A stretch of 64,000 nucleotides of DNA from Nibricoccus sp. (lineage in GTDB: Bacteria; Verrucomicrobiota; Verrucomicrobiia; Opitutales; Opitutaceae). Positions 46,471 to 56,039 of this stretch are shown piece by piece. The notes beneath the pieces were generated by a model that saw only the letters and a program-made list of their open reading frames with translations, did no database searches and had not been told where the DNA came from. The stretch spans positions 4,864,001-4,928,000 of the forward strand of contig JASGHG010000001.1 in NCBI GenBank assembly GCA_047602425.1, written 5' to 3'. A program made the position numbers and the translations under genes. Numbering within the stretch: the first letter of the stretch is position 1; the number at the start of each line of letters is the position of its first letter.

Positions 46471-48324
46471 ATGGACAACGATGATCTCGACAACCATTTA
46501 AAGGCCCATCTCCGCGACGATGCCCCATCTGAAGTGCATGTCCAGGCCTCATTGCACTTTGGTGACTTTGCCGCGTCATTGTCAAAACAACGCGCCACCG
46601 CCAAAAATCCGCGCGGCCCCCTCCTTTGGTTTTGGGCCGGGGCGGGATTGTCCGGCGGCATCGCTCTCGTCGCTTTAGCCGTCGCTTTACTTTTCTCGCC
46701 AGCACCATCCTGGGCGCAGGTCGCCGAACGTTTCCGCAGTCTGAAGTTTTTTAACGCAACCGTCTTCTACACGGAAAATAGCGGCCAAGCACCGGAAAAA
46801 ATCGATCTTTGGGTTGCGCAGGATCGACGTATGCGGGCTCATTATAGGGGCCTTATTTTCTTCGGCGCCGAAGGCCGTTTGACCAAGGTTATCTCCGCCG
46901 AGAAAGGCCTGGAAATCCCGCTCGACGAATTGCAGTACCAACTGCGTGGCCGCGATGGCATGCCTGCCCTTCCCTTGGTGCGTGGCATCGCTCGTTTTAG
47001 CGAAGAGCCTAACTTTTCAATCGATAAGCTGCTTGGCTTGCTCAGTGGCAAACGCGAACAACTTCAGCCCACACCCAATACCGACGCAGTCACAAGCAAC
47101 GACCTGCAGGTTTTCGATTTCACCGACAAAAACAATCCCGAATGGGTGCGCTTGTGGGCGCTCAAAAAAAGCGAACTTCCCGTTCGCCTGCGCATCTGGG
47201 ATCCATGCGACGGAGGTCAAACTGATCTCGTCTTCGACTATGCCACCCAAATGCCCGAGGTCGCCTTCGCACCCGAGCGCGTGCAGATGGCTTTGCAGGA
47301 AAAACAAGGCGCGACCAATCGTCTTTATGCCATGTTGCCCGATTCCGGCGGCCAGCCGATTACCCCTGAACACTTGTTCGCTATTCGCGGTTACCACCTG
47401 CCAGAAATTGACACAGTTGGACGCACGCCGGAAGGGGTGGTCTGGGTGCTAAGTCGCAATGTCGAGAATCGCCGTCCGGATGGTGAACGTATCTACGGCT
47501 GGAACCAACTGAATGATAATCTTGGGCAAACCTACACCCACCGTGTCATCGGCTGGCTGACCGAAAATAACACACTGCTGGAATATTTTGTACCAGAAAA
47601 TCTGGATTCGAGTTTTCATTTGCCCGCCAGCTACACCCTCATCTGCCAAGACTCCCCATCCAGTTCCTCCTCGATCGATCAAATATCCGCCAAAATAATC
47701 GGTTCGGTCGCCGTCGGCGCCTGGCAGGAAACCGCTTTCATTCCCGATTTGGTTCGTGCGAAACAAAATGAAATCGACGGCCGCACCAACTGGCAATTGA
47801 TGGCCATGGATGACGCCGCCGGAAAACAGGATTGGAAAAAGTTCGAGGAGATTGCTACGTCGATTCCCGGCAATCCTGAAACCGATCTCGTCGCATTGAC
47901 ACGCGACGTTAAGCGGGCGCACAAACTTTTCTATACCCGCGAGCAAAAGGCCATGGCTGCACTTTGTGCCCGTCTGTACCCACTGGTTTCTGCCGGCGTA
48001 AAACAAGGCCAACCCTATTATAGCAATATCGTGCGGTGGCACGTCGCCAGTCTTCTACGCGAGGGACAACGCGTCGAGGCCCGCGTATTGGCTAATCGTC
48101 ACGCCACCGAAGCGCTCGCACGCAGTAGGATCGAAGGCCCCCAATTCGTCGTCAATTTGATGTTCGATCTTCGACTTGCTGGCCTTTCCGAGGCTGAAAC
48201 GGAGTCCTTTTTCGACCGCACCATTATCAGTCAACAATCGGTCCGCCGTCAGTTGGACAAAACGAGAATTTTTCTCGACCCCACTGCAGAGTTACCCACA
48301 GGCAGACCCTCCGTCGCACTTTAA
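46471..48324 (+). CDS. Putative anti-sigma factor with large periplasmic region
   Basis: Follows the sigma by 3 nt; short cytoplasmic N-terminus, one TM helix, SWAQVAERF, then a beta-rich segment and a helical C-terminus. Confidence 0.7.
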   Translation: MDNDDLDNHLKAHLRDDAPSEVHVQASLHFGDFAASLSKQRATAKNPRGPLLWFWAGAGLSGGIALVALAVALLFSPAPSWAQVAERFRSLKFFNATVFYTENSGQAPEKIDLWVAQDRRMRAHYRGLIFFGAEGRLTKVISAEKGLEIPLDELQYQLRGRDGMPALPLVRGIARFSEEPNFSIDKLLGLLSGKREQLQPTPNTDAVTSNDLQVFDFTDKNNPEWVRLWALKKSELPVRLRIWDPCDGGQTDLVFDYATQMPEVAFAPERVQMALQEKQGATNRLYAMLPDSGGQPITPEHLFAIRGYHLPEIDTVGRTPEGVVWVLSRNVENRRPDGERIYGWNQLNDNLGQTYTHRVIGWLTENNTLLEYFVPENLDSSFHLPASYTLICQDSPSSSSSIDQISAKIIGSVAVGAWQETAFIPDLVRAKQNEIDGRTNWQLMAMDDAAGKQDWKKFEEIATSIPGNPETDLVALTRDVKRAHKLFYTREQKAMAALCARLYPLVSAGVKQGQPYYSNIVRWHVASLLREGQRVEARVLANRHATEALARSRIEGPQFVVNLMFDLRLAGLSEAETESFFDRTIISQQSVRRQLDKTRIFLDPTAELPTGRPSVAL

Positions 48325-48336
48325 ATTCTCAACGCC

Positions 48337-50745
48337 ATGAAAAGAATATGTACCTTATTTCTGGTTATAGTCGCTGGCTTACGAAATCCATGTGCTAGGG
48401 CGGTTGATAATACATCGCCGCCAGCCTCGGGAAACACAAAAATCACCGAGCGGTTCCTCGATATCTTCCAGCCCTTCCGGACTACAACTGCCGCACTTTC
48501 CCCCGACGGTAAATGTCTGGCTTACTCCGTGCGTGAAGGAGAAAAAACCTGGGTTGTCACGGTCGATCTGGCAAATCCGAGCGTGCTAAAAGGGGCGGTG
48601 GTTGTCGGTACGGACGATGCCGCCAATGCCATGTTTTCCGAAAACGATGAAAAGATACCGCTTTTAGTTCTGTGGTTGGGTTGGGTCACATCCAACCGCC
48701 TCGTGATCATGACGAACCAGGCCGCTATTTACACGCAGGCTGCACTTTGGCGTACACTCGAGGCCCCTGAACCATCCTCACTTTCCGATACAGACTGGCT
48801 GAACACTCAGTTTGCGCAGGATAGGCTCGCCAGACTGGACTCTGCCGCGGGATGGACGAGCACATCAGGCACGATCTTTTCCATGGACGCCGATGGAAAA
48901 AATGGCCGCATGTTGCTCAACGGCTACTCCTTGAGCCTCGAGATTCCCAATGCCGATCCTTTTTTCGGCCGATCCACCCCCACGGAACAACCATATGCCA
49001 TGCCACAAGCTCCGATGGGGCTGGCGCACGTTGTCGCACCCAACATTTTCGACTATAGCTCCGACAATCCGGAATGCCTGATCATCCGGGCTCAAGTGAA
49101 TGGTCGAGGAAATTATTTCTGCGAACTCAATGCTATATCCGGCAAAGTCGAGCTGCTAAATAACGACTATGCCAGCAGGGGGTACCTCCCGCTATACGAT
49201 CGACAGAGACATTTACGGATCGGGCTGGAGGCCGAACCCTCGTCCTATCCGATATCGTATTTGTTGCATAAGGAAGGGTTCACCTTGGGTCATTGGAAAA
49301 AGCTCGATGACGCGGTGCAAGTTCCGGGTAAGACTCGCTTTTCACTTTCACCAGAAAACTTCTTCACAGAACGGTCATTCCCCCTTGGTTTCGACGAGAA
49401 TGCATCGATTCTTTTTTATGCCTCCAATGTCGGCCGCGATACCTATGGAATATTCGGCTATGATTTAAAAACCAACCAGCCAACTGACTTCGCCATTGAA
49501 AGCCCAGGAATCGATCTCGTGGCGGCGCCTTCTTCCAACTATGCAAACGCCAATCTTGTTTTCGACCGCTTCTCACGCAGCCTTGTAGGTGTTCGGTACC
49601 TGGATACCTCTCGGCAAACCGCCATTTGGATAAAGCCTGAGCTGACAAGGGCACAAAAAGCCCTGGAGGCTCGCTTCCCCTTGCACAATGTCGAAATCGT
49701 CGAATGGGACAAAACTTTCAGCGAGATTCTTGCGCTTATACACAATGCAGCGGATGCCGGCTCATTCATTATTTATAACCCTGAAAAAAATTCCGCCGTC
49801 GATCTCGTCCGGCGCAGCCCGCTCATGGAAACACGCCCGACGCACCGGGTGATGCCCTTTTCACTCAACGCTCCCGAGGGCAATAAAATCAATGGCTTGT
49901 TGACCTTTCCTGTCAGCGGACGTTTCGACAAGGTTCCGATCGTCGTGCGTTGCCCCATTCAGCCATGGCTGCGGACTTCGCTGACGTTTCAGCCCGAAAC
50001 AATCGCGCTTGCCGACATGGGATTTGCCGTCCTTCAAATTGACAGTCGCGGCGCCTGGGGTTTTGGCGTTAAGCGACGTGAGTCGATTAAAGATGGTTAT
50101 GAAAAAACAATTGTTGCTGACGCAGTCTACGCCATCGAGAACCTCTCCAAAACCTATCGCATCAATCCTCAGCGTGTTGCCTTGCTTGGCGAAGGTTATG
50201 GCGGTTATGTTGCTCTGCGCGCACTGCAGCTGGAACCAGACCGTTTCCGTTGCGCAGTCACCATCAATGCCCCGCTCGACCTATATTCATGGATTGAAAA
50301 TGACCGATGGACACGCCGCTCAAAGGCGGTCTATCTCACCCGCGCCTATTACGGCCCCAGGGACTTGTTGAAGGAATCTGCACTCGACCGTCATCCCGAA
50401 AAAATCACCAAACCTGTCTGCCTGCTCGCTTGGCCTGGGCCGGAGGGCGCGCCTCGCACGCCGACTTACCTTGAGACACGTCAGTTTGCCTATGCACTTC
50501 GCAGGCAAGGCACGCCCGTCGAACTCAACGAACTCGACAAACGTTTCACGGGCAGCGTCGACAATATAGAAGGCGCCCCAAGTGCCAAATCAACGATGCT
50601 TGAGCTAGACCGCGAATTCACTCAACGCCTGCCGCATGCCCAAGCTGCTGCGTATCGACATATCGAATACTTCCTCAACGCGTACATCTATGACTATCAG
50701 GTGAAGCTTGGACCGCTCAAAGAACTCCCTGATCCATCAAATTGA
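48337..50745 (+). CDS. S9 prolyl-oligopeptidase-like protein lacking the catalytic Ser
   Basis: Signal peptide, ALSPDGK propeller start, LADMGFAVLQIDSRGAWGFG, INPQRVALLGEGYGGY (GxGxG instead of GxSxG). Confidence 0.85.
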   Translation: MKRICTLFLVIVAGLRNPCARAVDNTSPPASGNTKITERFLDIFQPFRTTTAALSPDGKCLAYSVREGEKTWVVTVDLANPSVLKGAVVVGTDDAANAMFSENDEKIPLLVLWLGWVTSNRLVIMTNQAAIYTQAALWRTLEAPEPSSLSDTDWLNTQFAQDRLARLDSAAGWTSTSGTIFSMDADGKNGRMLLNGYSLSLEIPNADPFFGRSTPTEQPYAMPQAPMGLAHVVAPNIFDYSSDNPECLIIRAQVNGRGNYFCELNAISGKVELLNNDYASRGYLPLYDRQRHLRIGLEAEPSSYPISYLLHKEGFTLGHWKKLDDAVQVPGKTRFSLSPENFFTERSFPLGFDENASILFYASNVGRDTYGIFGYDLKTNQPTDFAIESPGIDLVAAPSSNYANANLVFDRFSRSLVGVRYLDTSRQTAIWIKPELTRAQKALEARFPLHNVEIVEWDKTFSEILALIHNAADAGSFIIYNPEKNSAVDLVRRSPLMETRPTHRVMPFSLNAPEGNKINGLLTFPVSGRFDKVPIVVRCPIQPWLRTSLTFQPETIALADMGFAVLQIDSRGAWGFGVKRRESIKDGYEKTIVADAVYAIENLSKTYRINPQRVALLGEGYGGYVALRALQLEPDRFRCAVTINAPLDLYSWIENDRWTRRSKAVYLTRAYYGPRDLLKESALDRHPEKITKPVCLLAWPGPEGAPRTPTYLETRQFAYALRRQGTPVELNELDKRFTGSVDNIEGAPSAKSTMLELDREFTQRLPHAQAAAYRHIEYFLNAYIYDYQVKLGPLKELPDPSN

Positions 50746-50771
50746 CGCGGACGTCTGCTAGATAAAACCAG

Positions 50772-50805
50772 AAGGCCTGCGCTGTAGGGGCGCAGGCCTT
50801 TTTTT
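50772..50805 (+). terminator. Rho-independent terminator
   Basis: aaggcctgcgc-tgtaggg-gcgcaggcctt followed by T-tract, between convergent genes. Confidence 0.9.
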
Positions 50806-50825
50806 GTTGTTCGAAAAAAGTCTCT

Positions 50826-51242
50826 TCAACCAACCAATTCCTCCGCCTTAAAGAACCGCGCGATCTCGGCCTTCGCGCTTTCGACGCCGTCCGATGCGTG
50901 TAGAATGTTCACCCGGTTGTCCGTGCCGAAGTCACCGCGGATTGTGCCTTTTGCCGCTTTGCGCGAATCGGTCGGCCCGAGCATTTCGCGGACTTTGGCG
51001 ATGACGCCTTCACCTTGCAACGCCATGACGATAACCGGTCCGGAAAGCATGAAGGCCTCCAGCGGCGGATAATAGGGCTGAGTTGCGATGTGCGCATAAT
51101 GCTCCTTAAGCAACGGCGCATTTAACCGCGTCATTTTGCAGCCAAGAATTTTGAAGCCGGCGTTTTCGAAACGCTCGAGCACATTGCCGACGCGCTTTTT
51201 CTCGATGCAATCCGGTTTGAAAATAATTAGGGTGTTTTCCAT
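50826..51242 (-). CDS. ndk: Nucleoside diphosphate kinase
   Basis: TLIIFKPD, SGPVIVM, LGPTD..AKGTIRGDFG, NILHASD (catalytic His). Confidence 0.97.
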   Translation of the reverse strand: MENTLIIFKPDCIEKKRVGNVLERFENAGFKILGCKMTRLNAPLLKEHYAHIATQPYYPPLEAFMLSGPVIVMALQGEGVIAKVREMLGPTDSRKAAKGTIRGDFGTDNRVNILHASDGVESAKAEIARFFKAEELVG

Positions 51243-51308
51243 CCGCCAACCAAGGCATCCGGCGCTGCTTTTTGGAAGCCTGTTTTTCGAAACGTTTCCT
51301 TCGCCAAA

Positions 51309-51794
51309 TCAGCGGGCAGGAGCCGCCAAGGCCGAGGGAACGGTTGTCGCAACGGAAGCCATTTCAGTGGCGCCGCTCGAATGGAAAGTCGCGTAAACCA
51401 CACCGATAAGGTTGTCGGCGTTGACCGGCGTGCTGTCGGCCGCGTCGTTGTTGTATCCCTGCGCCACCCAGCCAGCAGCGGTGGCGGAGACGAGACGGTG
51501 AGCCACCGTCTCGCCGAACCGATTTGTATATACAACCACCATGCCAGCGCGGAGTTTTGCCGGATCGATTTTTTTAATGACCACGACAGAACCCTCGCCG
51601 AAAAACGGGAGCATCGACTTGCCTTCGATGCGCATCACCTGCGATCCGGGACGCAACTCGGCCAGGTTCATCGCGTCGGCCAGCACCCTATCGAACGAAA
51701 TCGCGGTGGTGGGCCGCGTAGTGAACTCCGCCCGCACGCTCCCCGCGCCAAAAACCGCGGTGAAAATCAGGAGAGCTCGGAGCATCGCTTTCAT
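51309..51794 (-). CDS. S24/S26 peptidase (signal peptidase I-like, Ser-His type)
   Basis: GKSMLP, VAHRLV, VAQGYNN..D motifs; N-terminal signal/anchor. Confidence 0.78.
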   Translation of the reverse strand: MKAMLRALLIFTAVFGAGSVRAEFTTRPTTAISFDRVLADAMNLAELRPGSQVMRIEGKSMLPFFGEGSVVVIKKIDPAKLRAGMVVVYTNRFGETVAHRLVSATAAGWVAQGYNNDAADSTPVNADNLIGVVYATFHSSGATEMASVATTVPSALAAPAR

Positions 51795-52010
51795 GGCCTA
51801 GAGCGTAGCAGTTCATTCGATTCCCTTGTATTGAGTGGGTCCCCCAATCGCACGAGCACTTTAACTCACCGCCTCTTTCTTCTCAACCGGGAGTCCCTGA
51901 GTATTTCCCCTCATCAGAGGAGGAAATACCCTAGTCGCAACCGGGATGATCCGCGGCGGACCACCGCGCTTCTGCGCTTCATAGGTCGGTCCGATTCTGC
52001 AAATCTTAAC

Positions 52011-52961
52011 TTAAACGACGACTTCCTCGCGTGCTTTTTCCGCCAACGGCGTACTCAAGTAACGTTCGCCGAAACTGCACGCCATGGTGACAATCACTTT
52101 GCCGGCAAACTCCGGCCGCGCGGCCACCCGTAGTGCCGCAGAGACGTTCGCACCGGTGGAAATGCCGGCTAAAATCCCTTCCTGGACGGCGAGTTGACGC
52201 GCCGTTTCAAAGGCCTCGTCATCCGTTACGGTCACCACTTCGTCGATGATCGCCGTGTTCAAGTTCTTAGGGATAAAACCCGCGCCAATTCCTTGGATTT
52301 TGTGCCGACCGGGTTTGCCTCCGGACAGAATCGAACTCGCCGCCGGCTCGACAGCGATCGTTCGCATCGCGCGTCGGGCTTTGATCACTTCCGATACTCC
52401 CGTAATCGTACCGCCCGTGCCAACGCCCGCAACGAAGGCGTCGATCTTTCCTTCGGTGGCGGTCCAGATTTCTTCCGCCGTGGTGCGACGGTGAATTTCC
52501 GGGTTCGCTGGATTCTCAAACTGCTGCGGCATAAAACCGCCGTCACCATGTTTCGCCAAAATCTCGGTCGCCCGCCGAATCGCGCCGGGCATGCCCTCCG
52601 TGCCTGGGGTCAAAACGATTTCCGCCCCGAGCATGCGCAACAACACACGGCGCTCCACCGACATCGTCTCCGGCATGGTCAGAATTAATTTGTATCCACG
52701 TTGTGCACACACGAAGGCCAGCGCGATGCCTGTGTTTCCCGACGTTGGTTCGATAATCACCGTGTCTGCTTTGATGCGGCCTTCTCGCTCAGCAGCCTCG
52801 ATCATCGCGCGGCCGATGCGGTCTTTGACGCTCGCAAGCGGGTTAAAAAATTCTGTCTTTACATACACTGCGCCCGGAAGTCCCGCCGCAATACGATTAA
52901 GTTTCACCAACGGCGTGTTGCCGATCGTTTCGACGATGTTGGAAAATGCGAGCGCGCCCAT
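52011..52961 (-). CDS. cysK: Cysteine synthase A
   Basis: [59 protein letters not shown]. Confidence 0.96.
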   Translation of the reverse strand: MGALAFSNIVETIGNTPLVKLNRIAAGLPGAVYVKTEFFNPLASVKDRIGRAMIEAAEREGRIKADTVIIEPTSGNTGIALAFVCAQRGYKLILTMPETMSVERRVLLRMLGAEIVLTPGTEGMPGAIRRATEILAKHGDGGFMPQQFENPANPEIHRRTTAEEIWTATEGKIDAFVAGVGTGGTITGVSEVIKARRAMRTIAVEPAASSILSGGKPGRHKIQGIGAGFIPKNLNTAIIDEVVTVTDDEAFETARQLAVQEGILAGISTGANVSAALRVAARPEFAGKVIVTMACSFGERYLSTPLAEKAREEVVV

Positions 52962-52991
52962 GACGTCACGCTTGCCGCCCTTCGCCACGAG

Positions 52992-54377
52992 TCAAGCCGC
53001 GGTCCCGATGGATAGACCGAGCACGTGACGCAATGCATGCTCCAGTCGTTCGTATCGAAAAACATAACGGGCCTCGTCGAGTTTGCCCGGCAGTACACGC
53101 TGACTCGCCAGCAACGTTTCGTCAGCCATCGCACCGAAGGCTGCGCGGAGCGCAACCACAGGCACCGGCAACATGGCCGGGCGTCCCAATACGTGAGCCA
53201 GCGTGGAGGTGAACTCAGCATTCGTCACGGGTTCTGGCGACACGGCGTTGACCGGGCCACTGCATCGCTGATCCAAGACCGCGTGGTAAATCGCGCCGAT
53301 TAAATCGTCGATGCTGATCCAGCTCATCCATTGCTCGCCGGAACCAATGCGGCCACCCAAACCTTTTGAAAATATCGGAAGCAGTTTCGCCAAGGCACCG
53401 CCCGCCGGTGTCAGCACAACGCCGGTGCGTAGTTTAGCCACGCGAATGCCAAAGCCACGCGCCACCGCCGCTTCGCGTTCCCAAGCCTCGCAAACTTCCG
53501 CGAGAAAACCGGCTCCGCGTTTGGCATCCTCGAAAAGCTTGTCGCTCCCCGCACCGCCGTAAAAACCGGTGGCCGATGCCGTCACCAGCACGTACGGACG
53601 ATGCCGCAGTCTGTCCAACGCAGTCACGAGTGTGCGCGTGCCCAGCACGCGGCTTGCGCGAATGGCCTCGCGCCGCGATGCCGTCCATCGGCCGTCCGCG
53701 ATATTCTCGCCTGCCAGATGCACGACGGCATCGAACGGTCGCGCATGCGCCAGATCGAGCACGCCTTTGAGAGGGTCCCAGAAAATCTCATCCGCCGCAC
53801 GTGTCTTGTTCCGTACCAGACGAATCACTTCATGCCCCTGACTTCGCAAGAATGGCGTGAGCGCTCGCCCGACTGTTCCTGACGCGCCGGAAACTAGGAA
53901 ACGCAGGTTGCGCACCGAACCATAACTCGTATACATCGCTAAATCCTGGGCCAAGATCTCGTGTCGGTAAGCGAACAATCGTTCCAGTTTGCGTTGAGCC
54001 ACGCCCGAACCAATTCGACCCAGCCAGCCAAAAGGAAGTTCGTAGTCGATCGTGTCCGTCAGGGTGCAATCGGCCGGTCCATCGGCGCGAAAACGATGTT
54101 CGTGCTCCCAAGAGGAAAATGGCCCGCTGCGCAGCACATCGTAAAAAACTCGGCCTTCATCGTAGCCTCGATGTTCCACGTTCCACTGAGTCCAGAATGG
54201 CCCGATCTTGGAGCGCAACTCCACGCGTCCTCCGTCACGTATCCCGCCGTTTTGCCTCAAAATCTCGATGCGCTCCCACGGTGGCGTTAGGCGCTCCAGT
54301 GCGCCCGGCCGTTCGTGCCATGCAAAAACTTCGCGCACCGGGCGCGGCAGTGAGACGGTTCGACGAAACACAGGCAT
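52992..54377 (-). CDS. SRPBCC domain fused to TIGR01777/YfcH-family NAD-dependent epimerase
   Basis: VFAWHERPGALERLTPPW..GPFSSWEHEH, then VSGASGTVG, VHLAGENIADGRWT, GSGEQWMSWISIDD, LLASQRVLP. Confidence 0.92.
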   Translation of the reverse strand: MPVFRRTVSLPRPVREVFAWHERPGALERLTPPWERIEILRQNGGIRDGGRVELRSKIGPFWTQWNVEHRGYDEGRVFYDVLRSGPFSSWEHEHRFRADGPADCTLTDTIDYELPFGWLGRIGSGVAQRKLERLFAYRHEILAQDLAMYTSYGSVRNLRFLVSGASGTVGRALTPFLRSQGHEVIRLVRNKTRAADEIFWDPLKGVLDLAHARPFDAVVHLAGENIADGRWTASRREAIRASRVLGTRTLVTALDRLRHRPYVLVTASATGFYGGAGSDKLFEDAKRGAGFLAEVCEAWEREAAVARGFGIRVAKLRTGVVLTPAGGALAKLLPIFSKGLGGRIGSGEQWMSWISIDDLIGAIYHAVLDQRCSGPVNAVSPEPVTNAEFTSTLAHVLGRPAMLPVPVVALRAAFGAMADETLLASQRVLPGKLDEARYVFRYERLEHALRHVLGLSIGTAA

Positions 54378-54396
54378 GAGGCTATTTTCCCTACGT

Positions 54397-55854
54397 CTAT
54401 CCACCTCGCAACGCTTTAAACGCCGCCAATGCTTCAGCCCGAGCCTGCCCATGATCCACGATCGGCTTTGGATAGTTTTTGCCCAAAATTACTCCGGCAT
54501 TCGCCAACAACTCCGCCGGCGCTTCCCATGGCGAATGCAAAAACTTCGCCGGAACCTTGGCCAACTCGGGCACCCATCGACGCACATAGTTGCCCTCAAG
54601 ATCGAATTTCGTTCCCTGCGCAACCGGTGCAAAGATCCTAAAATACGGAGCAGCATCCGCTCCACACCCCGCGCTCCATTGCCAGCCAAGCGTGTTGTTT
54701 GCGAGATCCGCGTCGACCAGCGTGTCCCAAAACCATGCGGCGCCGTGCGGCCACGAAAGTCGCAGATGCTTAACCAGGAACGATGCAACAATCATGCGAA
54801 CACGATTGTGCATCCAGCCCGTTTTCCAAAGCTGCCGCATGCCCGCGTCGACAATCGGATATCCCGTTTGCCCTTGCTGCCAGGCCCGAAGCTTCGCGCC
54901 GTCCCGGTCGTCCGCCCAAGCGAATTTTTCGAATTGTTTTCGCAGGGGCCGCTCCGGTGTATCTGGAAAATGATATAACAAATGATGAGCAAATTCCCGC
55001 CAGCCCACTTCAGTGAGGAAGCGCTGCACACCGTGATTAAGCGGAAAAATCCCCGAGTCATCCGATAATGTCCGGGCCGCCGCCCAAATCTGCCGCGGCC
55101 CGATTTCGCCAAAATGCAAATGAGGCGAAAGTGCCGACGTCGCATCCATGCCTGGAACATCTCGCGCCTTGTCATAGGCGGCGGCTTTATTTTTCAGGAA
55201 ATCCACCAATCGCTTTCGCGCAGCCATTTCTCCCGGCGTCCATACTTCGGCAAAACCATCAGCCCAGCCTAAACGGGGCAATAACTTTAAATCCTCCAGT
55301 TGTAATGAATCCGGCCATTTCGCCGGTGCCGGAAGCCGGGCTCGCGCGGACAAGACGATTTCAGTTTCGACTGGTTGCGCAAGACAGTGCCGCCAGTAGG
55401 GTGTGAATACTTGAAAAGGGTTTCCTTGTTTATTGGCGATGTTTTGTGGTTCGAAAAGCAGTGCGCTATTGAAACTTTTTACTTCAATGCTTTTCGCCGC
55501 CAAGCCGGCCTTTATTCGTTTGTCGCGGACGATTGAGTTCGGTTCGTAACAGCGGTTCCAATACACTGAAGTTGCTTTTGTTTTTGCCAGTAATGCTTCG
55601 ATCACGTTTAGCGATTCCCCTCGCGCCAAAATCAGACGGGAACTTCGTTCGCGCAGGCTCGCTTCCAATGCGGCCAGCGAATGATGCAGCCACCAACGTG
55701 AAGCCGCACCCGGCGCCCATCGTCCGTCGTTCCGCTCGTCTAAAATATAAACAGGGATAATCGACGCGCGTGCGGCAAGCGCGGCCTGCAACGCTGCGTT
55801 GTCAGACAACCGCAAATCCTTTCTAAACCAAAGAATCACTGTTGAATTGGACAC
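54397..55854 (-). CDS. phrB: Deoxyribodipyrimidine photolyase
   Basis: WFRKDLRLSDN, TSALSPHLHFGEI, WREF, GQTGYPIVDAGMRQL..GWMHNRVRMIVASFL, DAAPYFRIF. Start set at GTG 55854. Confidence 0.95.
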   Translation of the reverse strand: MSNSTVILWFRKDLRLSDNAALQAALAARASIIPVYILDERNDGRWAPGAASRWWLHHSLAALEASLRERSSRLILARGESLNVIEALLAKTKATSVYWNRCYEPNSIVRDKRIKAGLAAKSIEVKSFNSALLFEPQNIANKQGNPFQVFTPYWRHCLAQPVETEIVLSARARLPAPAKWPDSLQLEDLKLLPRLGWADGFAEVWTPGEMAARKRLVDFLKNKAAAYDKARDVPGMDATSALSPHLHFGEIGPRQIWAAARTLSDDSGIFPLNHGVQRFLTEVGWREFAHHLLYHFPDTPERPLRKQFEKFAWADDRDGAKLRAWQQGQTGYPIVDAGMRQLWKTGWMHNRVRMIVASFLVKHLRLSWPHGAAWFWDTLVDADLANNTLGWQWSAGCGADAAPYFRIFAPVAQGTKFDLEGNYVRRWVPELAKVPAKFLHSPWEAPAELLANAGVILGKNYPKPIVDHGQARAEALAAFKALRGG

Positions 55855-56039
55855 GCCGCCAGCATGTCCAGCACCTCGACCAACGCAAGCGGCACAGGCC
55901 GCCTGAAGATTCCTTCCCCCTCTCAAAAACCATTTCGTTTCTTCGTATAAACCGCCAAATGTCACATAATACGCGACCCATTTTTATAGCTCAAAGAGTC
56001 TGTTTTTAACGTCTGGCATCGCGGAAAAATATTCAAAAC

